From the NCBI GenBank assembly GCA_903813345.2, contig CAIIXF020000001.1, positions 5,890,001 through 5,954,000 on the forward strand: 64,000 nucleotides of DNA, read 5' to 3'. Within the stretch, counting starts at the first letter, position 1. Every line of letters begins with the position of its first letter. Of this stretch, positions 22,659 to 35,184 are shown one piece after another. The position numbers and the translations under genes were made by a program. The stretch comes from Owenia fusiformis. Taxonomy: Eukaryota. The notes beneath the pieces were generated by a model. That model had not been told where the DNA came from, searched no databases, and saw only the letters and a program-made list of their open reading frames with translations.

Positions 22659-24647
22659 TTAAAATCCTGTGTCGTCGTATCTGTCGAGATATGGGCCATA
22701 ATATGAATTGTCATCATGATATGCATTGTTGCTATAATCGCCTTCGTGCGCGTTGGTATGCCAGTCATCGTGATGAGGACTAAGTTTGGATTTATCATGC
22801 ATTGGTTTTGAAACCCATTCTCTACAAACGACATTTCTTGGCCAAAAGTCGTGTTGCAAGGCTTTCTTGAAATCCGAAGCGATGACATTTACTCGGACAA
22901 GTAGCCATTCGTTTTCTGATCCAGCTTGTTTACGAGCCATTACTCTGAGCCATGTAACAGTTACACCGCGGGATTCAGCATAACGTGTAAGAGAAGAACG
23001 AAGTTGGTCGTAAGGAACGGATTTCACATATGCTAGAGCCAAACGTTTAGTATTACGTCTGTGAGAGATAACACCTTGAAAGTCATCATCAACTGACGCC
23101 ACCTCATTAAAATAACGAGCCTCATAATTTGCATTAAGATTATCAGCTGATGATGTCTTCGAAGTAGTATTAATGACACTCTTAATAGAAGAGCCTTTGA
23201 AATCTGTATTATTAGATTTGGGTTTAGCAGATGAGAGATCAGTTTGACTTACGCGCGCACTAACATTTGAAACAGAACTGGCTTTGTTTCGTGCTCGTTC
23301 TGATACTTGTTTATGTGGCCAGGGTAAATTAGTCGGAAATGGCTTTCTAGCACTAGATGTGGATGGCGGGGCAAGTGTAGTACAGGAGATACCAGCATTG
23401 TTTGAAGATGTAGAGTCGTCATTGTTGGCGCGTAGGTTACTGTAGCTGCAGAGTGACGTTGTCTGCTCACGGTCTGTAGAAGTGGCATTAGCGCTTACAG
23501 CTGCGAGTGATGGGGCAGGAACTGTGGTTGGAATGACAGACGGGGTGACATGCTCCGGCATAGCTGACGTAGCGCTAAGATTACCAGAAGCAGCTGAGGT
23601 ATGAGTAATTGAAGTAGTAGATGAAGAAGACGAGCATGTAGAGATCAGTGTGTTATCTCCTGCTTTATGTGCATAGGAGTGTTGCGGTTGAACACTAGTG
23701 CCAGTGTAAGTTGAAGGTATATCCCAGACTGAGGCATGTTTGGTAACAACTACATCAGTGCGTGAAGGTTCACTATGTGGACGTGATCGTATTGCTGTGG
23801 ATGAATTGGTGGCACAGTGTTGCGAGCAAGAGGTTAACGAACGTTTTTCCACGTTATGGAGTTTATCTTGAATGGAATTCATACTCTTGATTAGAGATTT
23901 CTTCATATCTGAGACTGTTTTGTTAAGGTTTTCTATTTCGATGCTTTGATCTTTAATAGTTTTGTTTGCCAACCTGAGCTCTGATTTGAGCTGCTGTGCT
24001 GAATCTTTGGTACGGTTCAGTTCATTTCGGGTAATATCAAGATCATTCTTGATAGCATCAGCTTTTGTTTTGTTAATCTTGGCCATATCCGATTTTATTT
24101 CGATCAACTCATTTGTTACTAAGGTTTTTAAATCCATTATGTGCGTGAGGACGGTGAGGGCAGTGTCAGATGAAGTCGTATCGTTAATATTGAGAAATGA
24201 AGCTTTTTTTGTAATTGGTTTTCGTGAGGATTTCGAGTTGATCATACTTTTCACATCAGATATGTTGGCAGCACCTTCGATGAACATGAATAGCGTATAA
24301 ATATCTAATGCTAGTTTATCAGAGACATCACCTTTGTTACTCCGTGATAGTCTACGCACTAAAACGCCAGGCGGCATGGTGTTGCGTTTGTTTATCCGTG
24401 CATAGTCGTATAATGCTTCACGAATCGAGAGTAAATCATCAGAACTTTGGACGTCCTTAAGTTTTGCTATGAACAAGGGCTTGGTTAAAGACCCGAAATC
24501 GTCCCGTAAATGTTGTAAAATGCCGGCTTCCGTTTGTGTTGCGTAAGGCGTACCAGTATCCTCGGAACCGTCTGAAGCGGAAGATGTTTCATTGTCACTA
24601 TCCTCTATTTCTATATCGGGATCAACATGGATCGAATGTCGTGGCAT
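22659..24647 (-). CDS. LINE ORF1 (662 aa): acidic N-terminus, coiled coil, S/T-rich linker, C-terminal RRM-like domain
   Basis: Heptad-rich segment LKTLVTNELIEIKSDM...LHNVEKR. C-terminal RLALAYV...FWPRNVVCREW is typical of LINE ORF1. Lies directly upstream of ORF2 on the same strand. Confidence 0.9.
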   Translation of the reverse strand: MPRHSIHVDPDIEIEDSDNETSSASDGSEDTGTPYATQTEAGILQHLRDDFGSLTKPLFIAKLKDVQSSDDLLSIREALYDYARINKRNTMPPGVLVRRLSRSNKGDVSDKLALDIYTLFMFIEGAANISDVKSMINSKSSRKPITKKASFLNINDTTSSDTALTVLTHIMDLKTLVTNELIEIKSDMAKINKTKADAIKNDLDITRNELNRTKDSAQQLKSELRLANKTIKDQSIEIENLNKTVSDMKKSLIKSMNSIQDKLHNVEKRSLTSCSQHCATNSSTAIRSRPHSEPSRTDVVVTKHASVWDIPSTYTGTSVQPQHSYAHKAGDNTLISTCSSSSSTTSITHTSAASGNLSATSAMPEHVTPSVIPTTVPAPSLAAVSANATSTDREQTTSLCSYSNLRANNDDSTSSNNAGISCTTLAPPSTSSARKPFPTNLPWPHKQVSERARNKASSVSNVSARVSQTDLSSAKPKSNNTDFKGSSIKSVINTTSKTSSADNLNANYEARYFNEVASVDDDFQGVISHRRNTKRLALAYVKSVPYDQLRSSLTRYAESRGVTVTWLRVMARKQAGSENEWLLVRVNVIASDFKKALQHDFWPRNVVCREWVSKPMHDKSKLSPHHDDWHTNAHEGDYSNNAYHDDNSYYGPYLDRYDDTGF

Positions 24648-24715
24648 GCTTGCGTGGCTTATAGTGACATGAAAGGCGATACGATTTCAGCGACGCATAT
24701 ATCCAGCCACACTGG

Positions 24716-24734
24716 ACAACAACAACAACAACAA
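24716..24734. repeat. (ACA)n microsatellite in the LINE 5' UTR
   Basis: acaacaacaacaacaacaac. Confidence 0.85.
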
Positions 24735-25318
24735 CTGGCGTGGCCTTGAGTGTGAGTGATGCGTGATGTAAAAACAATATGGCGTCACTAGAATGTGAAA
24801 AAGAAGTCCTACCAATATTTCAAATTGTTTATATTCCTCACCATAATGTTGGATTTAATCCACGATGCTATCATAGTGTTCCTTGAGTATTCCGACGATT
24901 AAATATCCTGTCGAATACCGGTAGATGAATGTAGAAAACGTATAAATTGATGAAAAAGTAGGAGCACATAAGAAAAACGCCTTCACTAATTTCGATCACG
25001 TGATCTTTCCCTAACACTTGCAATCTCAATTCTGACTGAGCTAGGCTCTGTAAACATTTATATTTGAATGAGGGTAGATCAGTGAGTAGTGCGTGTATCT
25101 TTACTTGACTGGTGTTTCATCTTTCACAAACCTTTTTCATTCATGCAGATAAAACAAGTAGTTTACCGACTGGAACTTCAAATAACGTCACATATGTGTA
25201 CCAACGTTTTTTCATATGTCTATTCGATGTTATTTCTTGGCACTTTTTGTCTGAAAAATACCACTGCTGAAATACCAAAGCTGAAGTTGATTCCTCGATG
25301 GTGTCCCCCTGGGATGTA

Positions 25319-26232
25319 CAGGGTGTTCAAAAAAACGCAACCCAAGGAAATCGCTATATCTTGGAAAATACTCATCCAATTATGTTCATATTTTCAGGAA
25401 AGAAAGAAGAGACTGTGTATGTATAGCCCCTGTTGTTAGTTAGTTGTAAAACATGATGTCTTGGACACTTGCTCAAAAGACAGTTGTACTAGCAAAATAC
25501 AAAAAACGCGAATGGAAAATCACTATATCTTGGAAAATACTAATTCAATTATGTTCATTTTTTCAGGAAAAGAAAGAAGAGACTGTGTATGTATAGCTCC
25601 TGTTGTCAATAAGTTGTAAAACATGATGCCTTGGACACCTGCTCAAATGACAGTTGTTCTAGGAAAATATGAAAATGCAGTCAGAGGTGACTGCCACAGC
25701 AATAAAACCAAATAACTTTCTAACCATGGTGTTTTGGCACTTCAGATTTGGCACAAATTATCCTCACTCAATGTGTGGTGAATTTGTGGAGTTTCATCAA
25801 AATCACTCCAGGGACTTTACAGTCATGTTCAAAATGCCTTCTTAAGTCTCCCTGAACCAGGGCGTTTGACTGCGATTTGAAAGCATTTCAACCATAACTG
25901 TAAAGTCCCTGAAGTGATTTTGATTTCACTCTACAGATGTACCATACAGTGAATGAAGATGATGTGTGCCAAATTTGAAGAGCCAAAACACTATGGTTAG
26001 AAAGTTATTTAATTTTTTTGAGGTTGCAGTCACGCCTGACTGTGTTTTTCGTATTTTCCTAGTACAACTGTCTTTTGAGCAGGTGTCCAAGGCATCATGT
26101 TTTACAACTAACCATCTACAGGGGCTATACATACACAGTCTCTTCTTTATTTCCGGAAAATATGAATATAATTGAACCAGTATTTTTCAAGATATAGCGA
26201 TTTCTTTGGGTTGCGTTTTTTTGAACACCCTG
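25319..26232. mobile_element. Tc1/mariner-type palindromic MITE with an internal ~168-bp tandem duplication
   Basis: TA|CAGGGTGTTCAAAAAAACGCAACCC...GGGTTGCGTTTTTTTGAACACCCTG|TA. Almost entirely fold-back around ~25850. ~25347-25510 is repeated at ~25515-25677. Confidence 0.92.
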
Positions 26233-27078
26233 TATTTTACAAGCATAAGTATTAAGTTTTTGTTCTAATGGAAAGTAACATTGTCAACCTTATTGAACTA
26301 CAAAATTTGCGACTGAATGTGTCTCGAAAGTTGATCAAAATATCCATTCATTTAATACAAATTTATAAAAAGGACTTAAAGTGACAATGTGAGGTATTGA
26401 TATCAGGAAAATAAGAATTCATTGTGAAATAGTAGGATTAAATTAGATTTAAATGCAATTAACTTCGTTGTTTAAATCTATTGACTTATAACAATAGATC
26501 AAAACGCCATCCAGGTGTGAAACAGACAATGGTTCACAGGAGAAAATAATTGGATAGAGAATACGAGCAACGGAACTATCAAATAACTCTTAACAACTTC
26601 AGCAGTAAGGTTTATTATGCACCTAAAAGCATGGAGCAGGTGTAAACGTGTTAAAAGATTTTGAATATGACATATTGGCAATCAGCTTTTTTGTTTCTTC
26701 GTGATATAACGACTCTTTAAGTGATATGCTATTTCGAAACATAGAGTCGTTTGTTTTCTGATCAAAGTTAAATTTTCTAGAGACTATAATTAAAGTGTCA
26801 AACATTTCAAACATTTTTAGAAAATCCATGAGGAATTAATAATCTATAAATTCTTACAATAAAGCCTGGCAGAAAAGTTATTAATGGAAATAAAAAGGCA
26901 ACTTGGTAATTTATGCCTTTTTGGTAAAACCATAAAGCATTACCATTTTAGAAGGACATTCCTTGGTCGAAGGGTGTTACACTTACCCCCTGCAAATTGT
27001 AGATGTTTTTGAAAAAGATATTGGGTCAATTTGAAGCAAGTTGAATGTTTTTAAACTCAAATTTCTCAAAAACGGTTC

Positions 27079-28424
27079 AACTTCTGTCGAGATATAAATT
27101 TGGAGGAATGCTTCTAGGAAGTTATAACACTACGCAAGAAATGTCGAAGTACAATAATTGATTTGCAGTCCCGAAGGAACTTTGAGAAACTCTACCCTAA
27201 TTTACCCTTCCGACCGAACGCGTAAAATATTCTGATTATTCAATCTGATACTCATAGCATCTCTCTCTGTTGCATCTCAGATGCCAGAAGGATAGAGATG
27301 GAGAGGGTGGGGCTTACCACGATGTTATATCACTGTCAACATTGCAATTGTATACTTGGTCAAAACCACTAGGGTAACATGTCAGAAAAGATCAGGGACA
27401 CACTTGTCAGTGAGGGGATGTATCATCCCCGCTCGGGAATTAGCCATCCTAAAATATCTCATCGGGTTCATTTAATTATCATTTACAATTTATCCATATG
27501 GAGACATCATGATAAACTACGAATTTTTTTTCGATGTCAATCTTTTCTTAATATGTTAGACTTTCAAAAAAACCAATGTTGATTGTCTAACCAGGTTAAA
27601 AGGAAGAATAAATAATGTTTTAGATATCATTGTACCATTGGTTTCTATGAGAACTGAAATTTTAAAATGCATTTTTCTCAGAACCATTTTCATGCACTGA
27701 TAAGTTCATTTCTCGCTTATTTATGAACTGATTTTCTTAATTTTTTCGGCAAAAAACATGGGAGGATGAATGCTATACATTGGTATGAATTGTGGCTAAT
27801 TAGAAGATATGAGTGACCTCTAAAAGTTGGTTTTAAATAAATTCACAAATTCTGGAACAAAAAGTCTATCAAAAACCACTTTTTGAAATTAAAAAAAAAA
27901 AGTTTCACATATCACACTTTGATAACATTGGGTAAGACTACAATATAAGTCAAAGTGGTTTAAACTTTATATGGGGCCTTTAAACTTCTGTCGAGATATA
28001 AATTTGGAGGAATGCTTCTAGGAAGTTATAACACTACGCAAGAAATGTCGAAGTACAATAATTGATTTGCAGTCCCGAAGGAACTTTGAGAAACTCTACC
28101 CTACTTTACCCTTTCGACCGAACGCGTAAAATATTCTGATTGTTCAATCTGATACTCATAGCATCTCTCTCTGTTGCATCGCAGATTCCAGAAGGATAGA
28201 GATGGAGAGGGCGGGGCTTACCACGATGTTATATCACTGTCAACATTGCAATTGTATACTTGGTCAAAACCACTAAGGTAACATGTCAGAAAAGATCAGG
28301 GACACACTTGTCAGTGAGGGGATGTATCATCCCCGCTCGGGAATTAGCCATCCTTAAAATATCTCATCGGGTTCATTTAGTTATCATTTACAATTTATCC
28401 ATATGGAGACATCATGATAAACTA
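27079..28424 (+). repeat. ~440-bp direct duplication (27079-27519 and 27983-28424) bracketing one end of a Kolobok-like element
   Basis: The two copies differ at about nine positions by eye. The intervening 27520-27979 ends ...atggggcct|TTAA. Confidence 0.9.
27520..27983 (-). mobile_element. Truncated Kolobok-like (TTAA) non-autonomous element
   Basis: Terminus ...taaactttatatggggcct|ttaa is homologous to 3369-3500. Confidence 0.6.
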
Positions 28425-28496
28425 TATGACATCTCATTTCTTCTCAGCCCTGATATGTTTCAGGTGAAACAGAAAGATGCTATGAGTATCAGAATG
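28145..28496. mobile_element. Palindromic MITE-like repeat
   Basis: ctgatactcatagcatct (28149) is inverted as agatgctatgagtatcag (~28475-28492). A related end lies at ~44450-44515. Confidence 0.5.
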
Positions 28497-30329
28497 ACAT
28501 GGCGATATAAGTTCACAAATATGGATTAAACTTATCAAACTATCTCCGATATTGCAGTCTTAAGGACCAATACGCCTTCTTTACATGAATCGAGCCTGGT
28601 ACATCTTCTGTTGCACCTTGAGCTATTTTTCTGAATGTCCGGAACTGCCTTAATTAAAATTGCTATTTGTAAGATGAAGGGTTTAAAGGTAAAAACGAGA
28701 CAAGGATCTAGTCTACAAAGAATATCTGAAATTATTATTATTGTAAAAATCGTCTCTACTACTCTTTATATTAGCGATATAATTGCCAAAGGGACAAAGG
28801 TCGTAGGCTTTCAAAGAAAAACACTATTGGGATAAGAAACAGAGCCAGCTCACTAAGATAAAATTCGTATTTTTAGAAGCAAATCGACCTTGATTCAGGT
28901 GCGAGCCTTACACAATCCAGCCATAACTCCTGGTATATGGCGTATCTCTATGAAGTGAATACAATGTAATATTAAAACAAACAATATACCTACAAACTGT
29001 AGTAGATCCTACTAGGATCATAAAATTCATCCAGAATCAATTAATCCCATCTTGCCAATTTACGATATACATGAAGCAATGTAACGTAACCATATAAGAC
29101 CAGAAGAGCGGTAATACGTACATGATATCATACTAATACTAATCCAAGAAAATAGTGTAATCTAGTCTAGCCCCATTGTTTCGATTATTGAACGTACATT
29201 TGAATGGAACGTTTTAAAAACACATTGTTCAAAATAAGGTTAGGTGCATTTGTATAACCTAGCAAACTGGGATATTTTTAGAAAACAAATATTTATAAAT
29301 CACCAATCATCCGTCCTTCTCTAATGTTTTATAAAGAATGATGAATGTTGTTATACCATTCACTGTTTTAGGGATGAATTAAGTGTAATGGTATGGGACC
29401 TGGGAACCAATTTTTCTGGATTTCCTTGTTGTTATGAGAGCAACTAGATATGTCCTTGGAATTATTATCAGATCTTCACGGTAAACTTTGCTTATTTGTC
29501 AGATTGCAGGTTGAGTAAATATCTTCCCTTGCTTAAAAATTCATCATTTCCAAGAAGAGGTAGTACAAATTACTTGGGTCAGTCTAGACCTTATCCAGGA
29601 TAAAGAAAATAGGTTGGTGAATTAGGTGGAATTTCGTGAAAAATCTATATAGTTCAGGTTCTATTTGTGAAAGCATTGCTCATTATCTTGTGTCGTATGG
29701 TTTTAAGGAATCCTAACCGCAGTTTCTGCAGATTTTAACACATTTCGTTTGATAGATGAAGTATATCTGGCAGCTTAAATAACATGTCTATGTTTGTTTG
29801 TATTTCTTTTACTACTGGATAGCAGATTGTACTTGTGATGTGCTGATGAGATGATGATTGGCTTTGATTGATATGAAAACAGCACAAGTGGATTGCTGGG
29901 TTACGGAACTCACACTGATACATTAAAGTTCCTCATTGATTTAGGTATACGTCTACGATGCTATTTTATGGGTACTATGGGGAAAAGATTCCTAAGATTC
30001 TGTGTAAAAGTGTTTTATTAGTACTCTAGACATCTACATGTATTTAGAAAATGAAATTAAAGAAAATAAAAAATGTTTAGCCATTTTCGCATAATTGAAA
30101 ACCTCAACATTATTGGGGTGAAAAAGTATTACTAAAACCAAAAACGAACTGCAAAGTCTGAGATTATTTACCTGTATTTGTTCATAGCTGAGCAAATGAG
30201 AGCTTCAAAGTCCGTTCATTTATGAAAACCTAAGGTTCAAATATATTGAAAGGTGACAGTTGTATAATTAACCATTTCATCACCAAGGGGTTAATTTAGC
30301 GCGATCTCCATTTTTTCAAAACCATTGTT

Positions 30330-30677
30330 TCGTTCGTGCTGAAGAATAACCAATTTTATAAACAGGCCTCATTTGCCATTGAAATGGATCTCTCAATGTT
30401 CGCCGTTATTTTATGAGTATTCTCTCCACTTTTGGATCGAGTAACGTCGATAATATTACCGTAGTTTTGAAATGATGATGTTGAAATGATGTTAAACTGA
30501 AATAAACTCCATTTCCACGATTTCAAATTTTACTTTGCGCATGCGCGGCACTGATAGAGCACGTGCTCATGATTGTTCACGTGATCAGATCCTGCAATTT
30601 GATTGGTCATCATATACTGGGGAATCCCCGAATACGATAGAATATGAAAGAATTAAGGGAGCTACTTACTTCTTCTG
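30330..30677 (+). mobile_element. Second copy of the 14951-15331 element
   Basis: Shares gcctcatttgccattgaaatggatctc, gcgcatgcgc, cacgtgatc, ggggaatccccg and the end cttcttctg. Confidence 0.75.
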
Positions 30678-32130
30678 GGGCAGAATTGTTAGCTCTGTTA
30701 TGTTACTCTAGTACAAGTAAAGAGGCCGTGATAAATAATGAAGTGCCAAACTAAATCTGCCTATGGAATACAAATCCACATTTGAAATCGAAGATTGCCT
30801 CAAACAGTATTTTTCTATGTTGAAATTGTTTTATAATTTGTATCTATCAAGTTCACATTTTCTTCTTTGAAAATGGGAATATGGGCCAAATGCCTTTTTT
30901 GGCCCAAATTTTTTTTCTGGGCCCACCCAAGGGGGGGGGGGCAGATCCGCCAGTGCATTATCAATATATTCCCAAGTGCACTACTTACAAAACAACTTCT
31001 TTCTTTTATCAACTAAAAATTCAACAGTCTATAATTATATTTCAGATAACAATGACCAGTGTCGCAATATCGATTCATCCTCCGATTAACCAGGTTTTAA
31101 ACCCATTTGTCAGATAAAACCAACAAATAGGATAATATCAATAGGTTTGATAATAGCGATAAAAAGATGAATCAAAACTCCAAACCCAAATACCGATAAT
31201 AACAATAGAAATGATAATCTACCAAAAGCTAGAACCGATCGAGGGAATTAGTATTATCAGATAATAACAGATGATAGCGAGCATAGTCATAAAGAACCAT
31301 TCAGGAATAGGCAAATAATATTAGACAGTCCTACCTTTCAACAAGAGTGTTTCTACCCATAAATGTAACATTTCTCATCAAAATGATATGTTTTCCTCCA
31401 AAAGAGGTCCCCATGATAAATAATAATTATCAATCATCTCACTCCGGGTCTCACTCTCCGAAAACCATGGATTAGTAAAATATCTGATCATGTTTTTTCA
31501 TTTATATTGCATAAATAGATTATGGCAAGAGGTCTATTACTTCTTCGAAGGTAAAATGGCATTAGAAGCCTAATTTGGAAGATATCAAATTTTGGTGCCC
31601 GGAATAAGTCCAGAATAATGGGCCGCATGAGTTTGCCATGTTGGAAAATGACGAAGAATATGTTGTTTTCAACTTTATCGCATTTCAGTCGCTTAGTAAT
31701 CTAAGAACTAACAACGGGACTTAAAATCTGGAAATGGTTTGTGTTTTTTGACGTTTTACTGCGATGAAGAAACAATATTATTGGTCTAATGATTTCTGAT
31801 AAACAATGTCACGTTTTGGAAATTAGACTTCGGATATAAAACATAATTTCTCGAATGCCTTGATATTCTTTGAAACTAACATGACTGACTATATGAGTTC
31901 TTTTCTTAGGGACTGAAAGAAAATATCCATGAAACATGATTTTGATGAAATGTAATATAATTAAAACAATGAATTCCGGTAAGGTGCTGAGAACCATGAT
32001 CGATCTGGTGCTACCGCTACCTTTGATGTATTAGCTGCTCTCAATTACCAGTAAGTTGAAAGGTGTTTAACCCTCTAACAACCAGAGGCTTATTGCAATT
32101 TATAGCATAGAAGTCTGAGTGCGAATAACC

Positions 32131-32560
32131 TAGATGCGAGTAGTTGCTTACCAGTTTCATCACCAGGTGGCCAATTCGGGTCAGATAACATGGCAGGTAC
32201 ATTAGAAAGTTCCCTTAAACTTGAATATTTATCAGTTTTAGTGGATCAATATTTATATTACCCTCATATGTCATACAAATGAAAATATGTCTAGTAAAAC
32301 AAAATAGTATGTCCGATGAAAGAAAAGATATTTCACTTTTTGTGATTTTATAACATGGGGTCTATGGCAAATCTCCCCGAGCTAGAAGTCACATTTTCAA
32401 AGAAAATTACATTTTCAAAGTTGATAAACAATTTTTAAAACATAGGGTCTTTGGAGAATCTACCTAACATTGAAATCATATTTTCAGAGAAAACTGAAAG
32501 TTGATAAACAATTTTCAAAACTATATTTAGAATTTTGAATGACTCTAGCTTTCCAATAAT
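32131..32560 (+). mobile_element. Partial copy of the agatgcgagtag-ended element (see 60431-60843)
   Basis: tagatgcgagtag...ttaccagtttc...aacatggggtctatgg is shared with 60431-60843. Confidence 0.6.
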
Positions 32561-32899
32561 ATGTGGGCATTACCACAGAAATATTTTGATTTTTTCAAAA
32601 TCAATAATTCTTTGGTTAACCCTACATTCTACAGTATGATAAGTGAATGCTCTCCAGATGTACTGGGAAGAGTGTGAGCGTATTGCAAGGTAAGGAAACA
32701 TTACAAAACGTTCACAGACTACCAAATAAATTACGCCTACCTGATTTTTCTAACGAAAATTCCCTGGAAGTAACTTTGGGGTTATATGATGCGTGCATTG
32801 ACGATTAAATGTACCTTCCTTATTCATGCGTTGGCAAGTGATTTTTTGATTTTTTATCAACCAAGTCTAACAATGTATCTTCAGATAATTCCCAGTGCA

Positions 32900-33450
32900 T
32901 TATATAGTTTCTAAATTGGCAGGCACAACGACACCTATCCCAAGTAGCTATCGTGTTGATATCGGTCGATAATACTGAGAATCAATGACCGATATCTTGA
33001 TGGAGTCTTTAAGTATCTTCCGATACAACTCAGAAAAGGACAGTCATGTACATCAGGCCAGCACTAGAATGTTCCCAGTTCGCATATCATCGATGGCACA
33101 TCATCCAGATATTGCACCTTGGGATCGATACGCATGCTTTGCGGTGGCCCTCAAGGCGGAAGTGTCGTCTTAGAAAAAACAGAGCTCTGCATTTTTAGCA
33201 GAGGCCAGTCGAAGATTGCATGACTGAATCTACTGAAGTTTGTTATATCGTACAATAAAATTAATCATGGCTCATTGCACAGGAACAAAACACATCGGGG
33301 TTAGACAATTCCATATCTTGTCCACTACCCAAACATATGGCTGGTCATTACTTGAGAACATAGAACTTGAAAGATCTTGATAATATCCAAACAGCCACAA
33401 CAACGTTATCATTAATCATTCAATATCATGGTGTTTCGCAAGAATACATG
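32900..33450 (+). mobile_element. Highly decayed LINE RT fragment (tentative)
   Basis: Frame fragments SSYRV, TYG and NLKDLDNIQTA resemble LINE RT/thumb segments. Many stops and frameshifts. Confidence 0.25.
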
Positions 33451-33495
33451 TATATGCAATAGAATGTAAATGTTGGAGAATTTTGGAACCCTTGA

Positions 33496-33707
33496 CACTG
33501 GTGGATCAAGAAGTCAACAAGGGGAGCCCAAATTTGGAGTCATGAATATTTTGGGCCCCCGAAACCAAAAATTGGGCCTAAATTTGGAAAATTTAAGGGC
33601 CATATTTTAATAATTTTTAAGAAGACCTTTAGAGCCCTAAGAACGTTTTCTGGGCTCACAAAAGGGGAGGTTAGGCCCCATGCCCCCCCCCCCTGGATCC
33701 GCCAATG
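33496..33707. mobile_element. Short gcggatcc-type MITE (hAT-like)
   Basis: cactggtggatcaag...ccccctggatccgccaatg, with a gggccc-rich interior like 10801-11036. Confidence 0.55.
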
Positions 33708-34279
33708 CCTGATACAAAACGATTATACATTTTGTTAATCAATATTGATAGAAAATCAATGTTAAATAAATGAAAGTGCAATCTACAGTCCAGCACATGA
33801 ATATTTCATGACCCAATGAAACCAATAAGTTGTCATTTGGACATCAGAGGAATGACCATCAACTTAGGCTTTGATGATGGATGTTGCTTTCCATATTATT
33901 CGGATATTTGCAAGTCTGGAAATTCATCTTATTAAGACTACGATTGTTTCTAAGACCAATGGTATCGATGACGCTCTAAGTTCCATATAGTAAACCGTAA
34001 CCTTCCACAAGTAGAATGTTCTCAGTAGTACATTCTACACGTGGGAACAATACACGAATATTATTAGGGAAAGAGGATATTTACTTAGAAGGAACCAAGC
34101 GCAGCCTTATTAAAGTGAATGAGGTGTTCGTTAAGGTGCATGTATTGTGGAGAAGTTTTTGAAAATTGCTCCCACTGCCCATGTTATTTTTTGGTACAAG
34201 TTTGAAAGGAGGTATGTATTTCCTTGATTTTTTTTCAGGAAAGTACCATAAAATTGTCTTGTTTTAGTAAACTTGGTAA

Positions 34280-35093
34280 CCCCCCTATCACACCAAACTA
34301 GTTCTTACCCGTTCTTGCAAGTCCTACGAAAACGTCGTCAAACGGGCTCAATCTGGCTGTGGTCGGGAAATATGTCTGAAATAATTAGCTTCTTCGTTCT
34401 TAAACAGTCTTCAATACGTCCATCTCGTTCGCAGTTCGTTCAGGCCGCACCATGTCGGAGTGCAACGTCGTAGAACGCGTCCCTTAGTCTAGAAGGTCAA
34501 CATGACCTGATTACAGAACGGTATGGTCGTCATCGAATTTTGAATCGATTCAAAATTCTAAAATCACATTCCCGTCTGAGAACGTTCATAAAGTTCGTAA
34601 ATAGACCTTAGAAAGTTGCAGCTACGTTCATTCCGTTCGCACACAGTTTAAAACCAGTTTTGAAGAACGCAGTGGCAACTTGTTTGGTGTGATAGCTATA
34701 TTTTTGCAAACTCGTTCATAAGCAGTGTTAAATACGTTCTTAATCAGTTTAAACCCGTTTCAAATTAGTTCTACCTCGTTCAATACACGTCCGCAGACAG
34801 TTCAACTCGTTATTAAAACGTCCCTAGTAGGATTGAACTACGACGGTTCCGTTCGTAGTACGTCCAGCTCGTCGTTAGTACGTTGTCATTGTCACTCGTT
34901 CTAATTGTAGAACGTGACGACCACGAGAACATTTTGAGCATTGTCTAAGTTCTAGAGGACCTACCCGTTCGAGTACATTCGATGAAGTTTGTAAATAGAT
35001 CCCAAACGGTTCTTAGTAGGTCCAGTCCGTTCGTATACAGTTGAAGCCCGTTTTCGAGAACGCAGTGAGAACTAGTTTGGTGTGATAGTAGGG
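34280..35093. mobile_element. Complete PIF/Harbinger-type MITE with TAA TSD
   Basis: TAA|cccccctatcacaccaaactagttct...agaactagtttggtgtgatagtaggg|TAA. An internal third TIR-like motif lies at ~34680-34697. Confidence 0.88.
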
Positions 35094-35184
35094 TAAGAGG
35101 TCAATACCAAGAAGGTTTCAACTAATTCTGAAAAATATCAGAACAAAATAGCTCTCAAGAGTCGCATTCTTCAATAACATCTAT

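Larger units (their letters stand above)
18873..25005 (-). mobile_element. Full-length non-LTR retrotransposon (APE-RT LINE; Proto2/RTEX/CR1-L2-related, clade not resolved)
   Basis: Two intact ORFs. ~350-nt 5' UTR containing (GTT)n. 3' UTR ends ...cccaacacggaggaaaataaag(aaacat)3. The 5' boundary is approximate and no TSD was found. Confidence 0.93.

Noticed and set aside
19722..24300. Short antisense or alternative-frame ORFs inside the LINE
   Set aside because: They are shadow frames of the real ORF1/ORF2 and have no recognisable motifs.
25000..25080. Target-site duplication for the LINE
   Set aside because: No sequence here matches the flank left of 18873 (…catttgaaaatg) beyond short chance matches.
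27245..27330. RTE-like C-terminal peptide (MPEG*RWRG)
   Set aside because: The segment is the arm of an inverted repeat (mirrored at ~28475-28492), with no upstream RT sequence.
28700..31450. Asn/Lys-rich frames resembling a decayed LINE ORF1
   Set aside because: Stops are frequent and there is no diagnostic motif, so it cannot be supported without a search.
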